Below are positions 63,746-64,000 of a DNA stretch of 64,000 nucleotides, one piece after another. Below the pieces are notes generated by a model that ran no database searches, had not been told where the DNA came from, and saw nothing but the letters and a program-made list of their open reading frames with translations. Source of the DNA: the human T2T-CHM13v2.0 reference genome, Homo sapiens. Positions within the stretch are counted from its first letter, which is position 1. Every line of letters starts with the position of its first letter. The stretch is from the NCBI RefSeq assembly GCF_009914755.1, contig NC_060937.1. One strand, given 5' to 3'. Position numbers and translations under genes: made by a program.

Positions 63746-64000
63746 TTATCTCTTTAAATTCCAGGGCTCTTTTCTTTGCTGCAGACAGATGAATAAGTCT
63801 GGCTTAGAGGTAGCAAGACCATTTATCAGCCTCCAGATGTTCCAGCATCCTCCCTATGGATCTCCCATTACCTGCAAGTCACAGGATGGCAGGTGCTATG
63901 GTAGAGTCACCCAGGAGCTCCTGGAATGGAGGAGATGAAACGGTGGAGATGGGAACTCAGATTCCTTTTATTTTTATACTTTTGGGAGTTTATTTCTATA

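Overview
Primate (most likely human) AT-rich, gene-poor genomic DNA made mostly of interspersed repeats. It contains several L1 elements (one essentially full-length L1PB-type), about ten Alus plus a split FRAM-like monomer, solo LTRs (LTR12C, LTR12F, THE1, MST, MLT1, MLT2, MER67-like), Tigger3b/MER44/MADE1 DNA-transposon derivatives, MIR/L2 remnants and microsatellites. I can support no protein-coding exon or RNA gene; the listed ORFs that I can assign derive from repeats or low-complexity sequence. The most notable signal is at about 23.1-27.0 kb: a heavily decayed single-ORF non-LTR retrotransposon of the restriction-like-endonuclease (RLE) type. Its zinc-finger, RT, CCHC and PD-(D/E)xK-type motifs can be read in the correct order across stops and frameshifts, and they look more R2/NeSL/Utopia-like than L1/L2/CR1-like. 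There are also several local template-switch scars: a two-piece patchwork insertion at 30.7 kb and a ~210-bp inverted duplication at 41.0/42.9 kb. Subfamily calls come from recalled consensus sequences, and boundaries are approximate unless TSDs are quoted.
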